Counted from the first letter of the stretch, positions 41,902-56,337 are shown. The stretch is 64,000 nucleotides of DNA from Eledone cirrhosa (GCA_964016885.1 OZ024759.1:17484001-17548000), one strand, 5' to 3'. Translations and numbers: made by a program. Notes: generated by a model from the letters alone, not told the origin.

Positions 41902-43421
41902 TTAAATCTACTTCTCATGTAGTCTACTGTGGAATTTGAACACAGAAATCAAAATCCAGAACAAATACAGCAAAACATCTTATCTGGCACTCTAACATTT
42001 CCACCAATCCACCACCTTGGACTGGTACTTCATTTTATCAAACCTGAAAGGATGAAAGGTCATGTTGACCGGCAGGATTTGAACTCAGAATACAGAGAGC
42101 TAGAATAAATACTGCAAGGCATTTTGTCCTATGTTCTAATGATTGTGCCAGTTCATAAGGACTCACTTCAATTATTGGATTTTTGTCATGCTGGGTCAGG
42201 ATGGGGCAGTTGTATTACCTTCTAGTTTAGAATTGATTATATCAACCCCAGTGTTTATTTTTATCTAAGAAGGATTTACAAGTAATATTGAATTGGTACT
42301 GGATGGGATTTGAGCTCAGAACATAAAAGGAGATAATCAAATACAACAACATGGTTTATCTGATGTTCTACTACTTCTACTATCCACATTGTTCTTCTGT
42401 TGTTTTAGGTTGTTAAACCAAAACTTAAAGTTTGCCTATAGATGCCGATGTAAAACACATTTGCCTATACAAGCTTATATAAAACATATTTGTTTGCCTA
42501 TACATGCCTATATAAAACATAGGTTTGTCAGCACATGCTTATACAAAGCATATAGGTTTGTTCTGTACATGTCTATATAAAACAGGCTTGCTTATACATG
42601 CCTATATGAAACGGAGGTTTGCCTATACATGCTTATATGAAACATATAGGTTTGCCTATAAATCCCTATACAAAACATATGAACACATTAAAGTTGAGAA
42701 AGGAGAAAGAAATGATTTTTATAAATTGAACATGTAGGATTGAAAGATATGCATGCCTTACTAATTCATGTTGGAACCCTCCATCTAGTATATATACATA
42801 TATATATATATATGTGTGTGTGTCTGTGTGTGTGTATATATATATGTATTATACACACTGTCAATCCATGTTGAGTAGAGAAACGTGGATAATTAAAAAC
42901 CCTGGTAATGAAATTTTAATTTTGTTAATTTTCTTTTTAAAGTTATTTTTTTAGCTTCTTTTGTTGCATTTTTTTTTTTTTTCAGAATTTTTTTTCTTTC
43001 CGTATGATGTATTTTCCAAACATTATTTAGAGTTCCTTTGGTTGATTTTGTCCGATTTTTCTTAATTGTAATTATCTCTGTATATTCATTTGTTGTGAAT
43101 ATTTTAATAATGAAATTTTGCATCATGTAAAAAAAAAAAAAGTGGAGCAAATGTTTTTTTTTTTTCGTTTTTTTTTTTTTTTAGATGAGTTTCCCATCAC
43201 CTTTCAGTTGTTATTGTTGTTATTGTCTGTTTAAAAATTAAAAAAAAGAAGTTTTTTGAAGGAAATAGTAAGTGTTGTCTGTTGGAAAGATTATGCATTC
43301 TATATACATGTCACATACAGCCTGCATTTTTTTCATTTATTTGTTAAATTCTTAATTTTTTTTTTCTTTTGAAATTGCAATTTATATTCCTTGGATTTGA
43401 ATAAATATTTATTTTAATTAC

Positions 43422-43435
43422 GTTGCCATGGCAAA
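43422..43435. promoter_or_regulatory. RFX X-box-like site
   Basis: GTTGCCATGGCAAA, a 13/14 match to the palindromic X-box GTTGCCATGGCAAC. Confidence 0.3.
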
Positions 43436-43781
43436 TAAATAAACAAACAAACAAACAAACAAACAAAAAAAATCAAAGATGACAAAACAAACTTTTCTTT
43501 TTTTCATATAAGATGTTACACATACACATATTTCTTCTATATATATGTTTTTAAAAAGTTACAACCTGTGCATGTTGTGCACAATTGTACACAAACATAT
43601 GCACTTAGATATGCATACAAGCACAAATTGAAAATTTGTTAAGCTTCTAGTTGATATGTTTATATATATATGTGTATATATATGTATGTGTATATATATA
43701 TATGTGTGTATATATATATATATGTGTATATATGCACATATATATTTATACACACACATACACGCATATTTATTTGACATG

Positions 43782-43886
43782 ATTTATCTTGACAAAAAGA
43801 AGTTTCTTGTTTCACAGGAAAATGAGCTGATCACAAGAGAAATTATGTCAGATAAATATATACTCTCTATTATTTGTATTGAGTAC
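43782..43886 (+). ncRNA. Decayed hammerhead plus TACTC/GAGTA hairpin
   Basis: Helix I ATTTATCT/AGATAAAT (8 bp) flanks TGACAA...TCTTGT/ACAAGA-GAAA-TTATG-TC. Confidence 0.4.
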
Positions 43887-44472
43887 TCTTTTGAAATGGT
43901 TCTTCTTCATTGTTGTAGTAAGAAACCTCCCCCCCCCCTCCAAAAAAAAGAGAAAACATTTTAAATTGTGCACTAAACAGCTGAAATAACGATGAATACG
44001 TAATGTTACATATATAGTACAAGATTAACAGTGACTGCTTGGATGTGCTTATAAATATACATGTGTATATGAATATACACTATATAAACATATATGTCTA
44101 ATTTACATATTTCTCTGTGTATGTAAGGACTAACATCGTTTATTGATTTTTTTTACCTTTATTGGTGTTTCATCAGAAGATAGTTACATCATCAAACAAC
44201 TACAAAGAAATATGTAACTGATGGCCTTATAACGCCTACCAAATAGAGTAGTAACAATGGCATGGACGTAGTAATTTGTATATTATATTGTCATAATTTG
44301 TATATTATATTGATAATGAATTTTAGTAAATATATAATCGTATATGTATACATATATTTTGACATACATGATACATGGGCATAGAAATTGTGTAATATAT
44401 AGTCACATATGTCTGATGTTTCTAGAAATTGTAGCTTTCTACATTTAGCCTAAAAAAAAAAGCCTTTGTAAA

Positions 44473-44512
<40 letters not shown>

Positions 44513-45718
44513 CTTTGGTTAAATTATATACGGTTTGGTTTATTTCTGTGTGTATGAATTCAAATATGTGTCCAGAATGTAGACGTGCATAGTGGATTTG
44601 TAAGGGACTGGCAGACTCGGTACAGCGTCAGGAAAAATACTTTGTGGTATTTAGTTATTGCCCTTTCATGTTCTGAGTTCGAATCCTGCCATAACTTTTC
44701 ATACCCTTCTGGGACTTGAAGTGGGGGTGATTGAAAGGAAAATTCGAAATCATTGTCATTATTATTAATATTATTATTATTTTAAGATTTACTTTCTGAG
44801 TTCAAATCCCGCCGAGGTTAACTTTGCCTTTCATCCTTACGGGGGTTGATAAAATAAAGTACCAGTAACGTACTGGATAATTGCTGGCCTTGTGCCAAAG
44901 GTAGAAACAATTATTTTAAGATTTACTCATGTCTTTCCTGTGACAATGGTTTCTGCTTGAGATCCCCCCACCCATCACCACCACATGCTTTTCAACATTT
45001 AAAGCAATTTAGAAAAGAATCAAGAATTTGAAGGGATTTAGTAATATGACTAATATATTTTATTATTTATCTGGTGATTGAAAGATTTTTACATAAAATT
45101 GAGATTTTTATAAAAGCTAGTAATTTTATATCATAGGAATAGGATTGGTTTTGTGTGAAATGGATTAAGCTATTTTTTTTTCTTTCAATTTTGCATTAAA
45201 AAAATTGTTTTTGCTGGAATTTGATATAGCAAGTTCGAGGCATCTGAAGAAAATATAAAATGTCAACAGAAAGTTAAAACCTTATAATTGTTTCTACTTT
45301 TGGCACAAGGCCAGCAATTATCCCAGTGTATTACTGGTCCTTTATTTAATCGACCCCGTAAGGATGAAAGGCAAAGTTAACCTCGGCGGGATTTGAACTC
45401 AGACCATAAAGGGCCGTAACTCTTTGCTGCAAAGCATAGCGTCCGACCCTCTACTGATACTGCCAATCCACTGGAAGCATTGAGCAAGCTTTAAATTTTC
45501 AATGTATGTTAGCTTGATATAACCTACCTCAACACAGGCATGTTAGGCATATAAGCACAGAGTGACAATACTGCTGACCTTTTTTATAGTTAGGGGTTTA
45601 TATACCCAGCTTATTTGCTTGACATGTTTTCATAGTTAAAATACTTGTTGAAGCTACTTTACATTAAACTAACATACATTGAAAATTGTGAAATGGAATT
45701 TACTTTTATATTTTATAG

Positions 45719-45800
45719 CTTAATTTGGAGGTGGGAAGAAGGTGTCTTCAAACCAGACACCTGATCTGAATGCTGTTAAAAGCATCCATCCAAGAGCTAG
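45719..45800 (+). other. Candidate 82-nt exon (non-coding or start-codon-bearing)
   Basis: tacttttatattttatAG acceptor and AG|GTAAAG donor around GC-richer unique sequence. All frames are stopped before an ATG (MLLKASIQEL). Confidence 0.3.
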
Positions 45801-46487
45801 GTAAAGATGTTAGAATAGGCAACAGATTAATTCTAACACTCCAGTGGGCCTCAGCAGGATTCACACTCAGAACGCAGAGAGCTGCAACAAATACCACAAA
45901 GCATCCATTTTGTTTTTATTCTTTAACATTCAGGCAGACTTCATACAGACAGAAGAGTAAAGGAGGAGAATAACTGTAATTATTTGTATTTATATATGTT
46001 TTGGCACTCACTTAGGTTGGGTTAAGCCAGGTCCAACCAGTGCAAAATAATATATATTTAGTGGTTTCCTTGTTTGGGACTCCCACAAGGGCTGTTGACA
46101 TTTAATAACAAAGAGTGTTCCTTTGGCTTGCACTAATCCATAGTGTATATATAAGTGGCTGGAGACCACCTGCCAGAACCCTATCTCCAGTGAACCCCTC
46201 CATCAGAAATCGGAATATGAAATAACACCAATTGATTCCTTGACTCAGGGAGTCAAAAGATCAATAAAAGAGTGACATGCATGCTTTTGCCACCAGTGTG
46301 AGATGAAAATGAAATCTGACAATAGAGATGAAAGCTGTGTTATGAAAGTGATGGTAATGATGTTGTCTTAGTGGGAGTAACTTATGAAAGATTAACTACA
46401 TAGTGTATGTTAATCAGTTTAATCCTATGGCTTTTCATATACTTTACCAAAGCTTTGAGATATTCAAGACTACATATATCAAGAGCT

Positions 46488-47045
46488 AGTGCCACGATAA
46501 AATGCACCAAATACACTCTTTGGTAAAGTGGTAGTGTTGGTGCCATCATAAAATGCACTCAGAACATTCTTCTGTAGAGTAGTGGTACTGCTGCTATGAT
46601 AAAATGCACTTAATACATTTTTCTGTAAAGTAGTAAGTAGTATTGGAGTGATGATAAAATTCACCTGTAGTCTTTCCAGCAAACTTGCAGTGCAGGGGCC
46701 ACAAAAAAATTGATGCAATACATTCTTCTATTACAATACATTCTAAAGTGGCAGTGCTGGTGCCACAATAAAATGCACCAGTATGCTCTTTGGTAAAGTT
46801 GTAATGCAGACGCCACAATAAAATACCCCCAATACATTCTTCTGTAATGTGGTAGTACTGGTGCCGCATTAAAACATATGCAGTACACACTGTAAAGTGG
46901 TTGGCATTAGGAAAAGCATCCAGCCATAGAACCCATGCTAAAATCTGGAACGTATGAACAAGAAGTGGTCTTTCCAACCGATCTAGCCTGAGATCATCAT
47001 GACCTGTCCAACTCATTCCAGCATGGAGAATGAATGTTAGATGAT
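46488..47045 (+). repeat. Degenerate ~48-bp tandem array ending in an RTE-type tail; parallel array at 61130-61540
   Basis: GTGCCACAATAAAATGCAC...T(C/G)TGTAAAGTGGTAGT units followed by ggttggcattaggaaaagcatccagc. Confidence 0.75.
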
Positions 47046-47665
47046 GAAATGATTTTTATTTCTCTTTCCCTTTTGGGGGTTTCATTCTAATAGCTTATTT
47101 ATTTATTTTATTTATTATTATTATTGTTGTTGTTTTTTAGTATTTAATGATAGTCTAATTAAGAAAGCTTATAACAGCATACTTTATCACAGCCAAAATA
47201 TCACAATAGAGCCATGACTAACTAATTAATAATAATAATAATAATAATAATGATATTAATATTATTATTAATGATATAAAGAAAAAATAAAACAAAACAC
47301 TGTAATATAGAATATTTTGTTTTTGTCTATCTACACATGCAATAATTCCAAGTTTGGATCAAATATGGATTACTAATTTTAGACATAATGGTTGTATGCA
47401 TTTTATAAGGGAATGCTGAGTTCCATAATTTGGTTGCATCAGATTGTGTGTGTGTCTGTGTGTGTCTGTGTGTGTGAACCCAGCATGATAAGTGCTGGGG
47501 TCAATATGACCAATTAAATCAGAGTGATGTCCAAGCATGGTCACAAGTCTACTGACTGGAACTAATATGAGAATATATAATATATATATATACAGAGAGA
47601 GAAAGAGAGAGCGAGCAAGGTATTAAAGTTGTTCTAAGACTACTTTTCCATCTCTCTTTTTGCTC

Positions 47666-47701
<36 letters not shown>

Positions 47702-47702
47702 C

Positions 47703-47760
<58 letters not shown>

Positions 47761-48409
47761 TCCTTTTTTCTTTCCCCAATAACTTTCACAAGTTATTGAC
47801 ACACTGGGGTTAGACATATTGTCTTTAATGCGTTGAAATGTCCGTGATCTCCAACAGACAACTGAAGAAGGGAATGTCCCCCCCCCCCTTTGTGCTTTCC
47901 ATTTATTTCTAAATACACTATATAAATATATGTGTTTGTGTGTGTGTGTGTGTGTTAGAGAATAGTGTTTAAAAATCTGTAGTATTTAAAACATTCAAAC
48001 ACTAACTGAATGAGCACTCAATACTGGTGTGAAAGGTGTAGAAATTTATTTTCTAAGTAGAAAAAAGTGGCAGGAACAATGATGAAAGGCATTCAACAAC
48101 CTTGATATGGATGTAGACAGGAAATAACATGAAGGGACCACAATCTTTTAGCTTAGTTCCACACTTTCGACCATCACTACTATTATTACTACTACTGGAT
48201 ATTGAGGGGAGAGATAGACTGTACTGAATATAGAGAGGAGAGAGGTAAGCAATAGTATAGAGGTGGGGAGTGACAGACAATGAATATAGGGAGTGTAAAG
48301 GAGAGCCATAGAAAAGCAGATGAAAGTGAGTATATATATATATAAAGGGAAAAAATGAAACAAAATTTCATTTCTCACTCTTAGTACGGCTGTTATACGT
48401 ATACATACT

Positions 48410-48453
<44 letters not shown>

Positions 48454-48499
48454 GCACACACGCACACACACGCATATATATATACACCCACACATATGC

Positions 48500-48830
48500 A
48501 TGGTCCTGAATCTCTCGAGGGAGTTGTGATGGTGCCATATTGACATACATCACTTCAAGGACATTTTAAAACCTGGCAGAGCCCATCTCTTCTCCAAGTC
48601 TGAATACAGCGGATTTCCTCGAGAGAAGGATAGAGAGAATGAGAGAATGGAAGTGAGAAAGAGATATAGAGGAAGAATCGACGCCAGTACTTGACAGGTA
48701 CTTTTTTTCTTTATCAACCTTGATTGGATGAAAGGCAAAGTTGCCCTCAGCATAATTTGAAACCCAGAGAATAGAGAGCTAAAATGAATGTCACAAATCA
48801 TTCCATTCAACATTCTAATAACGCTGCCAT
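48500..48830 (-). mobile_element. SINE subfamily with the same head and body but a different tail; also at 24590-24870, 41330-41650 and 50190-50500
   Basis: ttaaaacctgg..gagcccatc.c...ggaagtgagaaagagatata joined to ggatgaaaggcaaagttg.cctc. Confidence 0.7.
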
Positions 48831-48902
48831 TTCACTTGCAAGCAGGGAAAAGCGGACGTAAAATAATGGTGATGATGATGATGATGATGATATATATACA
48901 TA

Positions 48903-49082
48903 CCATATTTCCCAACGCCAAAGACGCTTCGTCCTCACGGACGCACCCTAATTTTGACAACCAAAAATTAAAAAAAAATAATAAGAAACATAAGAATGCA
49001 ACCTTCGGCCTCCAGGATGCATGGTAGATTTTTGAGAGTTATTTTAGGAAAAAAGTAGCGTCTTCGATGCCGGGAAATACGG
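48903..49082. mobile_element. Tc2/pogo-type MITE with TA TSD; copy at 15702-15861, relative at 1993-2206
   Basis: TA-CCATATTTCCC..CGCCAAAGACGC / GCGTCTTCGATGCCGGGAAATACGG-TA. Confidence 0.8.
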
Positions 49083-52000
49083 TATATATATATATATATA
49101 TTGAGAGAGAGAGGGAAGTAGATAGCCAGTGAATATAGAGGGAGGAGAGGCAGACAATAGTGAATGTAGTGTTATAATCAATCTTGGTGTATATCTGTGT
49201 GTGTGTTATATATGTATGTGTTATATATATATGTATATTATATATATATATATGTATATATGTATATTATTGGCAACATGACCCTCCCAAAGTATAACAA
49301 TATATATATATATATGTATATATATGTATAAAAATGAAATGATGATGATGATGAATGATATATATATATATATGTATATATATGTGTGTGTGTGTGTATA
49401 TCTATGTATGTATGTATGTACAAGCCACAGCATGTAATTGTGTTTTACTGTGCCGTCCCGCCCTTCCAAGCAGGGAAAAGCGGACGTAAAATGATGATGT
49501 GCATGCTTGTGTATACTGAGCAGCACAAGACTGAGCTAATTTGTAAAGATCAGCTATTTGATGTTCTATTTTTTATTTTTATAGTTATTTTCCTCTCTTA
49601 TGGATATAATTCGTTTTAGGATTCTGCTACTGCACATAAATTCTAGCTTTCTTGACTTTAAAGATCAATCACCTTCCAAATGTGCTGGTTTTATTGTACT
49701 TTATCTTTTCCTTTATGTCCTTGCCAAATATTCTATCACTATATTTCATATGTCTGTGTCTCTGTCTCATATTCTTGCGACTCTTTCTGTTTCTATTCAT
49801 CCTCTTGCTAATATCTTTTCTTTTTCTTCGTTGATATCTGATGTCGTACTATCTTAGTTTATTGTACATTTTTAGACTTAATGGAGTTGCAGGGGCACTG
49901 TTGTGACATATGGTGGAGTCTACCCCTATCCATGTCTGAACAGCTCTACTATCTTAGCGCATTGTGCATTTTTAGAACTATAATTCGTAATGGAGTTGCA
50001 GGGACAATGTATTTACATATGTCATGTCTTGGCTATTTTAAACTTGTTGGAGCCTACCCCTCTCCATGTCTTAACAGCCAATTTCTTTCTGTTTCTATTC
50101 ATCCTGTTGCTAATATCCTTTCGTTTTCTTCATTGATGTCTAATGTCATACTATCATAGAGTATTATGCATTTTTAGAATTGTAACTTCCGATGGAGTTG
50201 TAAGGGCACTGTATTGACATATGGCATGTCTTGGATGTTTAAAACCTGGTCGGGGCCTATCCCTCTCTCCTTCTCCATGTCTTAACACAGCCAATTTCTT
50301 CCAGAGAGTGATAAAGGGGAAGTGTGAAAGAGATATAGGAGAACAATTGAATCTCAATTCTTGATTGGTATTTTTTTTTTATTGACCTCAAAAGGATGAA
50401 AGGCAAAGTTGACCTCTGTGAGATTTGAACTCTGACCACAGTAGGACAAAATCAGTACTGCAAATCATTCTGATGTTTTAATCACTCTGCCCATTCGCTG
50501 TTATATATTATCATAGTTGAGCATAGTATATATTGTTTATACTCCTGTATAAGTCGCACCTCCATTTTATATGCTGCATTTACAATGTATATTTAGAATC
50601 GAAGATTTGTTGGTCCTATAGACAAGCCGCATATGCTGGTTTTTCATGGCATATTTTTGGTGGAAAAAGACGTGACATATATGTAGCCCCCCACTGCTCC
50701 CATCAGTGTCACCCTAGTCTGGCTGAGGACATCACAGCATCACTCTATTTAAGGCCATCTCCCTCTCTTATCCCTTTCCGTCTGTGGACCATCTACTGCC
50801 ACATCCCTCCCTTGGCGTGTATCCTGGAAATATAATTGTTCTTGAAGGTTTTAAGGGACCTTCAGACTAATTATCGAAAAACTCCGCTTTCTCCTCCTCT
50901 TCCTCATCCTCCTCCTCTTTCTCATCTTCCTTTTCCTCGCCTTCCTTTTCCTCTTCCTCCCCTTTTTCCTCTTCCTCAACCTCCTCCTCTTTCTCCTCTT
51001 CTTGGGGACGAACGTCACCAATTATAGAAAAGCCCCCCCCCCCCCAGCACCAGCAGTAGCAGCACAGTTGTATCACTTATAATTTAAGTCTTTGGAATCA
51101 TTTGTATCATGAAATCTTGTCAAAACTTATTTTTGGCAGAGCTTCTATTTAAACGATATTTTATAGCCCTGAAGGTTGATATTTTATAGCCCTGAATTGT
51201 AAGCGAGAAATATTAGCTGTCTTTCTCTAATCAATTAATTAGCAATGTAGCTAGCTAATTATTTCCATTACTCAATTCCAATGTCTGTGGCTTTAAATGA
51301 AAAAGAAAAAAATGTTGGGTTATTGGAACCAATTTTTTTAGGGGAAGGAGTTAAACTGAATATGGGAATCAAAATGGACCTTAGTTAGTTGCAGCGATGA
51401 GTGCTCCAGGGGCTTGGTTGATGGAACAGTTTGCTGCATGAAATTATCACTTAAGCCTTTAGCATTTAAACCAGCCATATCCGGCTAGAATTCTCTCACC
51501 TCTTTCTGTTCAAACCGGCTGTAACTGGCCACTCATGCTTATCTTAAGGTATTGTTCTCAAAATAAATAATATCAAAATCTCATAGATTTGTTATTATGA
51601 GATAATTATGTAAGATAAAGCCTTTACTCTATATTTACTATTGTATTTTTGCAGTAATGTAAATGCTAAAGGGTTAATGTAATAATTCTCAGGAAGATTC
51701 AGCATGGCATGGTGTATGACAAGGTTGGCCCTTTGAATTACAGATATAGTTCATCCTGTATTATCATGTAAGTGGTTGAGCAATTCTCAGGAAGACGCAA
51801 TAGAGGAAGACCACGAAAAACATGGGCGGAGGTGGTGAGAGCAGACCTCAGATCGCTGAAACGCACGGAGGAGATGATGAAGGACTGTGACAAGTGGGGA
51901 GATGCTGGGAAAAGCGACATAAAATGATGATGATAATGTCTGAGCATTCCATAGACTTGTGTATCACTTAATGCAATTCTCAGGAAGATTCAGCATAGCC

Positions 52001-53191
52001 TGGTGTGTGACAAGGTTGGACCTTTGAATTACAGGTATAGTTTAGCTTGAATTATCATGTAAGTGGCTGAGCATCCCATAGAGCTATCTATTTATATACA
52101 AATAAAACAGCTCCAGTTCATGAAGTCATTTCTATATGAAATATGCTTTTTCGTTACTAATGCATTAAGTACCTTATGTAATTGTTCTTGATCTCCTTCA
52201 AAAAAATAATCTTATATATATATACTGTGTCTGAGAGGGATAGAATGTAGTGTGCGAGAGAGGAGACTGCAGTGGTATGGACATGTGATGCGCATGGAGG
52301 AAGACATGGTGGAGGTAGACCACGAAAAACATGGGCGGAGGTGGTGAGAACAGACCTCAGATCGCTGAAGCTCACGGTGGAGATGACGAAGGACCGTGAC
52401 AAGTGGGGAGATGCTGTGCTGAATAAGACCCGTCCCACCCTTGCAAGCAGGGAAAAAGCAGACGTATGATGATGATGATGATGATGATGATGATACACAC
52501 ACACACACACATATATAAACATACAGTGTACACCCAGCATTCGTGCTCCCAGTTATTCGCAGAATTTCCCTCAGAACCTAACTGATCATTGTTTATGGAA
52601 ACCATCGCATATTTGCAGAATCATAAATAAATATCTTCTGTGATATTTTAATGGCTTTTTTTCATTACAATATATATATATATATATATTTTTTTAAATT
52701 TTTTTTTTTTTTTAGTGAAGGTGTGTGGCTGAGTGGTTAGAGAATAGGATTCGCAATCGTAAGGTTGTGAGTTCGATTCCAGGACCAGGCGATGCGTTAT
52801 GTCCTTGAGCAAGACACTTTATTTCACGTTGCTCCTTCTACCTGGAGTTGTGACCGATAGATAGTATTAGCAATTGGAAAGACCAATGGAAACATTGTTC
52901 CCTCGGTCCGATTTGACAAAAGTCGTTCGTTCCTTTATATATTTTTTTAACGCTAAATTATTAATAACAATATACCATATTTGCCAGCCTATTGGATGCC
53001 CCTTCACATAAGAGGCTCCCTCCTTTTTTATTATATTTTACGTTATATTTGGATGTTTATAGGCATTTTTATGGAACCTAACCTATCCAATATTTGCGTT
53101 TTTTTTACTCTTCGCTGGTGCTCTAGGAATGTACCCCCGTGAATACCAGGGGACTACAGTATATATACAATGATATTAAATAAATGTAAAC

Positions 53192-53240
53192 TTGATGAGA
53201 GTGTACCAAAGTTTTGGTACCCTTGAAATATATATAATAG
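53192..53240 (+). ncRNA. Hammerhead motif (C3U), same family as 18975
   Basis: TTGATGA-GAG-T-GTACCAAA gt TTTGGTAC-C-CTT-GAAA-TATATA-TA. Helix II sequence differs from 18975 but still pairs. Confidence 0.55.
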
Positions 53241-53618
53241 AATAGATATGGTTTTATAAATATAGTTTCCATTTATTTAATATCATTGAATATTATACTC
53301 CTGAAAACTTGTCGAGTGCTTTGAATCAGTTATAAACATTTATATTTGTTGAATTACCAACAAATTAAATATCCCTTTTGTTTGTATATATATATATATA
53401 TTTAAATTATTGATTTATTGATATTTTATTTGAGTGACCCGAATCTTCCTGGTCGTTCTTTTTCGGCTGCACGGCTGATTTTAGGCATAATCTCTGTGTG
53501 TTGGTAATTTAACGATAGTTATAGCTCTGATTTATCCAAATTATTGAGCCCTCTGCCACTCATATCGGATATTGTTTATCGTTAATTCGTGAGCTGATTT
53601 TCCGATACTCGATTATTC

Positions 53619-53659
<41 letters not shown>

Positions 53660-53760
53660 CCTGAATGTGGGATTATAATCACTAAATAATGAGTTTTTAT
53701 ATGTAAACATAGAGGTAAATATTTCATATTACATAAAACACACAGCAAACTGGTGTATAC

Positions 53761-53824
53761 CTTCCTTGGCACTTGGAGTTTTCCTGAAGGTAGCTGATGT
53801 TATTGCCTCTTGTTTCGCGAAACT
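53761..53824 (-). other. Candidate 64-nt exon
   Basis: ataactttctatgtactcAG acceptor and AAG|GTATAC donor. Two frames are open but no domain is recognisable. Confidence 0.25.
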
Positions 53825-53959
53825 CTGAGTACATAGAAAGTTATATGCCAGTTTACTATAATGCCATACACACGCACACACATGTAGTTGATTAAAAAAG
53901 ACAAACTCAGAGATAGGATTACGCTAAGTCTTATTAATTTCATGCTGCTGGAAATAGAA

Positions 53960-54330
53960 AAGCTATGTATCAATGTATCAGAGGTTAATCCTTCATCAGA
54001 AAAGAGTAAAGAAGAGGTTGAAAGGTTGAAGAAGAAAACAAAAAAAGCTTTATCAGGATGAGTGAGGTTTGCGAGCAAGTAGTTTGACATGTGTGTGTGT
54101 GGGGTGGGGGTGGGACGGGTTGGGGTGTAGGTGCTGAGATGGTTGCAGGCCATTTGGGCCTATCATTAGTACTGTTATATATGTGCGGATAAGGTTCGTT
54201 TTATGAGTGTGCATGATATATGATATATGTGTGTGTGTCTGTGTCAGCGCATGTGTGTTGGCTATCTAGTTAAGTGGTGTACATTTTTTTCTGAATGATA
54301 GTTCAAAAAGTGCCAGGGTTGGGGAATGTA
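53960..54330 (-). mobile_element. Possible Penelope-like 3' end with decayed HHR
   Basis: Minus-strand NLIRTY..V..GPNGL resembles the PLE C-terminal LI...P.GLN motif. Downstream is CTGATGA-AGG-attaa-CCT-ct-GATAC (GAAA mutated). Confidence 0.35.
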
Positions 54331-55645
54331 TGTGGTGGTGTTAAGGGGGTTGTGCTAATAGTAGTATCAGTAGTGATGGTAGTATTAGTGGTGAGTAGTT
54401 GTAGTAGTAGTAGTAACATTTGTGGCTGGTTGGGTCACTAGTCATTGGGGGTGTTGGTGAAAGGTAGTAGTTGTAGTAGTAGCTTTGGTGGTTGGTGGGG
54501 GAAGTAGTAGTTGTGGGTGTTGGTGAAAGGTAGTAGTAGTAGTAGTAGTAGTAGCATGGTGGTTGTGGGTGTTGGTGAAAGGTAGTAGTCATAGTAGTTG
54601 CAACTGTTGTGGTATACTTCATCTGTTATTTCTAGCTAATGGCTGTCCAATCCGTAGAAAAAAAAAAAAAAATTATAAATAACAACAACAATAAATCATT
54701 ACCTCCCACCCCTTCCCTTAAATAGCACACCACCACCAACACCAACAACAACAACAATAATATTAAAATAAATAAATATAGCCCCCCCCCAAAAAAAAAA
54801 AAAATGGTGACAACAAAAATAATGTAAGATAAATATTCGCCCCGCCCCCACTGAAAATGACAACAATAACAACAACAACAACAAATATATCCCCTTTCTA
54901 CCCACACTAGAATGACAAAACAACAACAATAATAATAATAATAATAATAATGATTTATATAGGCACAAGGCCAGCAATTTTGGGGGAGGGGAAAGTTGAT
55001 TAAATTGACTCCAGTACGTGACTGGTACATTATGTTATCGACCCTGTAAGGATGAAAGGCCAAGTTAAACTCGGCGGGATTCGAACTCAGAATGGCAAGG
55101 GCCGTAACTCTACGCATCAAAGCGTGGTGTACGACCCTCTACCGATACTGCCAATCTACCGGCCTTAATAATAATAATGATGATTTCTTTAATAATAATA
55201 ATAATAATGATTTCTTTATTCATAATAATAATGATTTCTTTATTCATATAATAATAATTGTTTCTACTTTTGGCACAAGGCCAGCAATTACCCAGTACAT
55301 TACTGGTACTTTATTTTATCGACCCCGTAAGGATGAAAGGCAAAGTTAACCTCGGCGGGATTTGAACTCAGAATGGCAAGGGCCGTAACTCTATGCGTCA
55401 AAGCATGGCGTCCAACTCTCTACCGATACTGCCAATTCTAATAACAACAACATATGTACGCCTAAACTCTACCCCCCCCCCCCTAAAAAAAAAAATGGCA
55501 ACACTAAGAACGATACAAATATATGAAGTGAAAAATAACGGTAAATGGTAAATAGTGGTGAAGATGTTAGTTAAGTGGTATTATTAGATGTAAGGATTGA
55601 CAAACTCACAAGTGTAGCTTCAAGGATTCCAATATATATATACGT

Positions 55646-55676
<31 letters not shown>

Positions 55677-55680
55677 AACG

Positions 55681-55715
<35 letters not shown>

Positions 55716-55812
55716 ATAAACATAAAAAATATAATGTAAAATAAAAAAAAAAATAAAAAATCATAATCAATAACTAATAATCGTTTCTTTATCAATAATA
55801 TTAATTTCTTCC

Positions 55813-55889
55813 TTGGCCACTAGCGGCCTCCATTTTATTGTCTCTTCTCACTGGTTTGTCTCACTCTTCTTCACGCAGGAAAAGTAAGT
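55813..55889 (+). promoter_or_regulatory. Candidate promoter and first non-coding exon
   Basis: TGGCCACTAGCGGCCTCCATTTT (CTCF-like overlapping YY1-like CCATTTT) in unique sequence, followed by a GTAAGT donor at ~55884. Confidence 0.3.
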
Positions 55890-56107
55890 TATAATAGTAA
55901 TTATAAGAATAGTAGCAGCAGGAGTAGTGGTGGTAATAATGGTAGTAGTAGCAAGAGTAGTGGTGGTGGTAGTAGTAGTAGTAATGAGGGATATCAGGAT
56001 TTCTGTTGCTTTGTTCGTTTAATGTAATTCATGGGAATATCTCAAGCCACAAGTCTGTATTAATATTGTGGGTGTTGTGTGAATATGTATATGTGTATGT
56101 ATGTATG

Positions 56108-56152
<45 letters not shown>

Positions 56153-56337
56153 ATAATAACTGAAGACTAAAATCCGAAGAGGGCTCTGTAAGGATAATAT
56201 ATATATATATAAAATATATATAAACCCGTAGAGCAAATATTTATTATAAGAACTATATATATATATATATACATACTCATTTACAAACAATAAAAGGCCA
56301 GACTGGAGATATTCCTTTAAATGTTTTAGTGTTGCAA

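Noticed and set aside
43817-43870. Plus-strand exon after tttcttgtttcacag
   Set aside because: There is no donor, and the sequence is better explained as the helix II of a decayed hammerhead.
44155-44200. TTGATGA...GAAAC hammerhead on the minus strand (also CTGATGA at 364 and 7106, CTGAAGA at 47862)
   Set aside because: No pairing helices, or no GAAA/UH at a workable distance.
50682-51075. Solo LTR (TG...CA with TATA-like box)
   Set aside because: No matching TSD or second copy is visible.
53426-53490. Minus-strand MPKISRAAEKERPGRFG resembling a V-ATPase A N-terminus
   Set aside because: It stops after 20 codons, has no good donor site, and no downstream exons were found.
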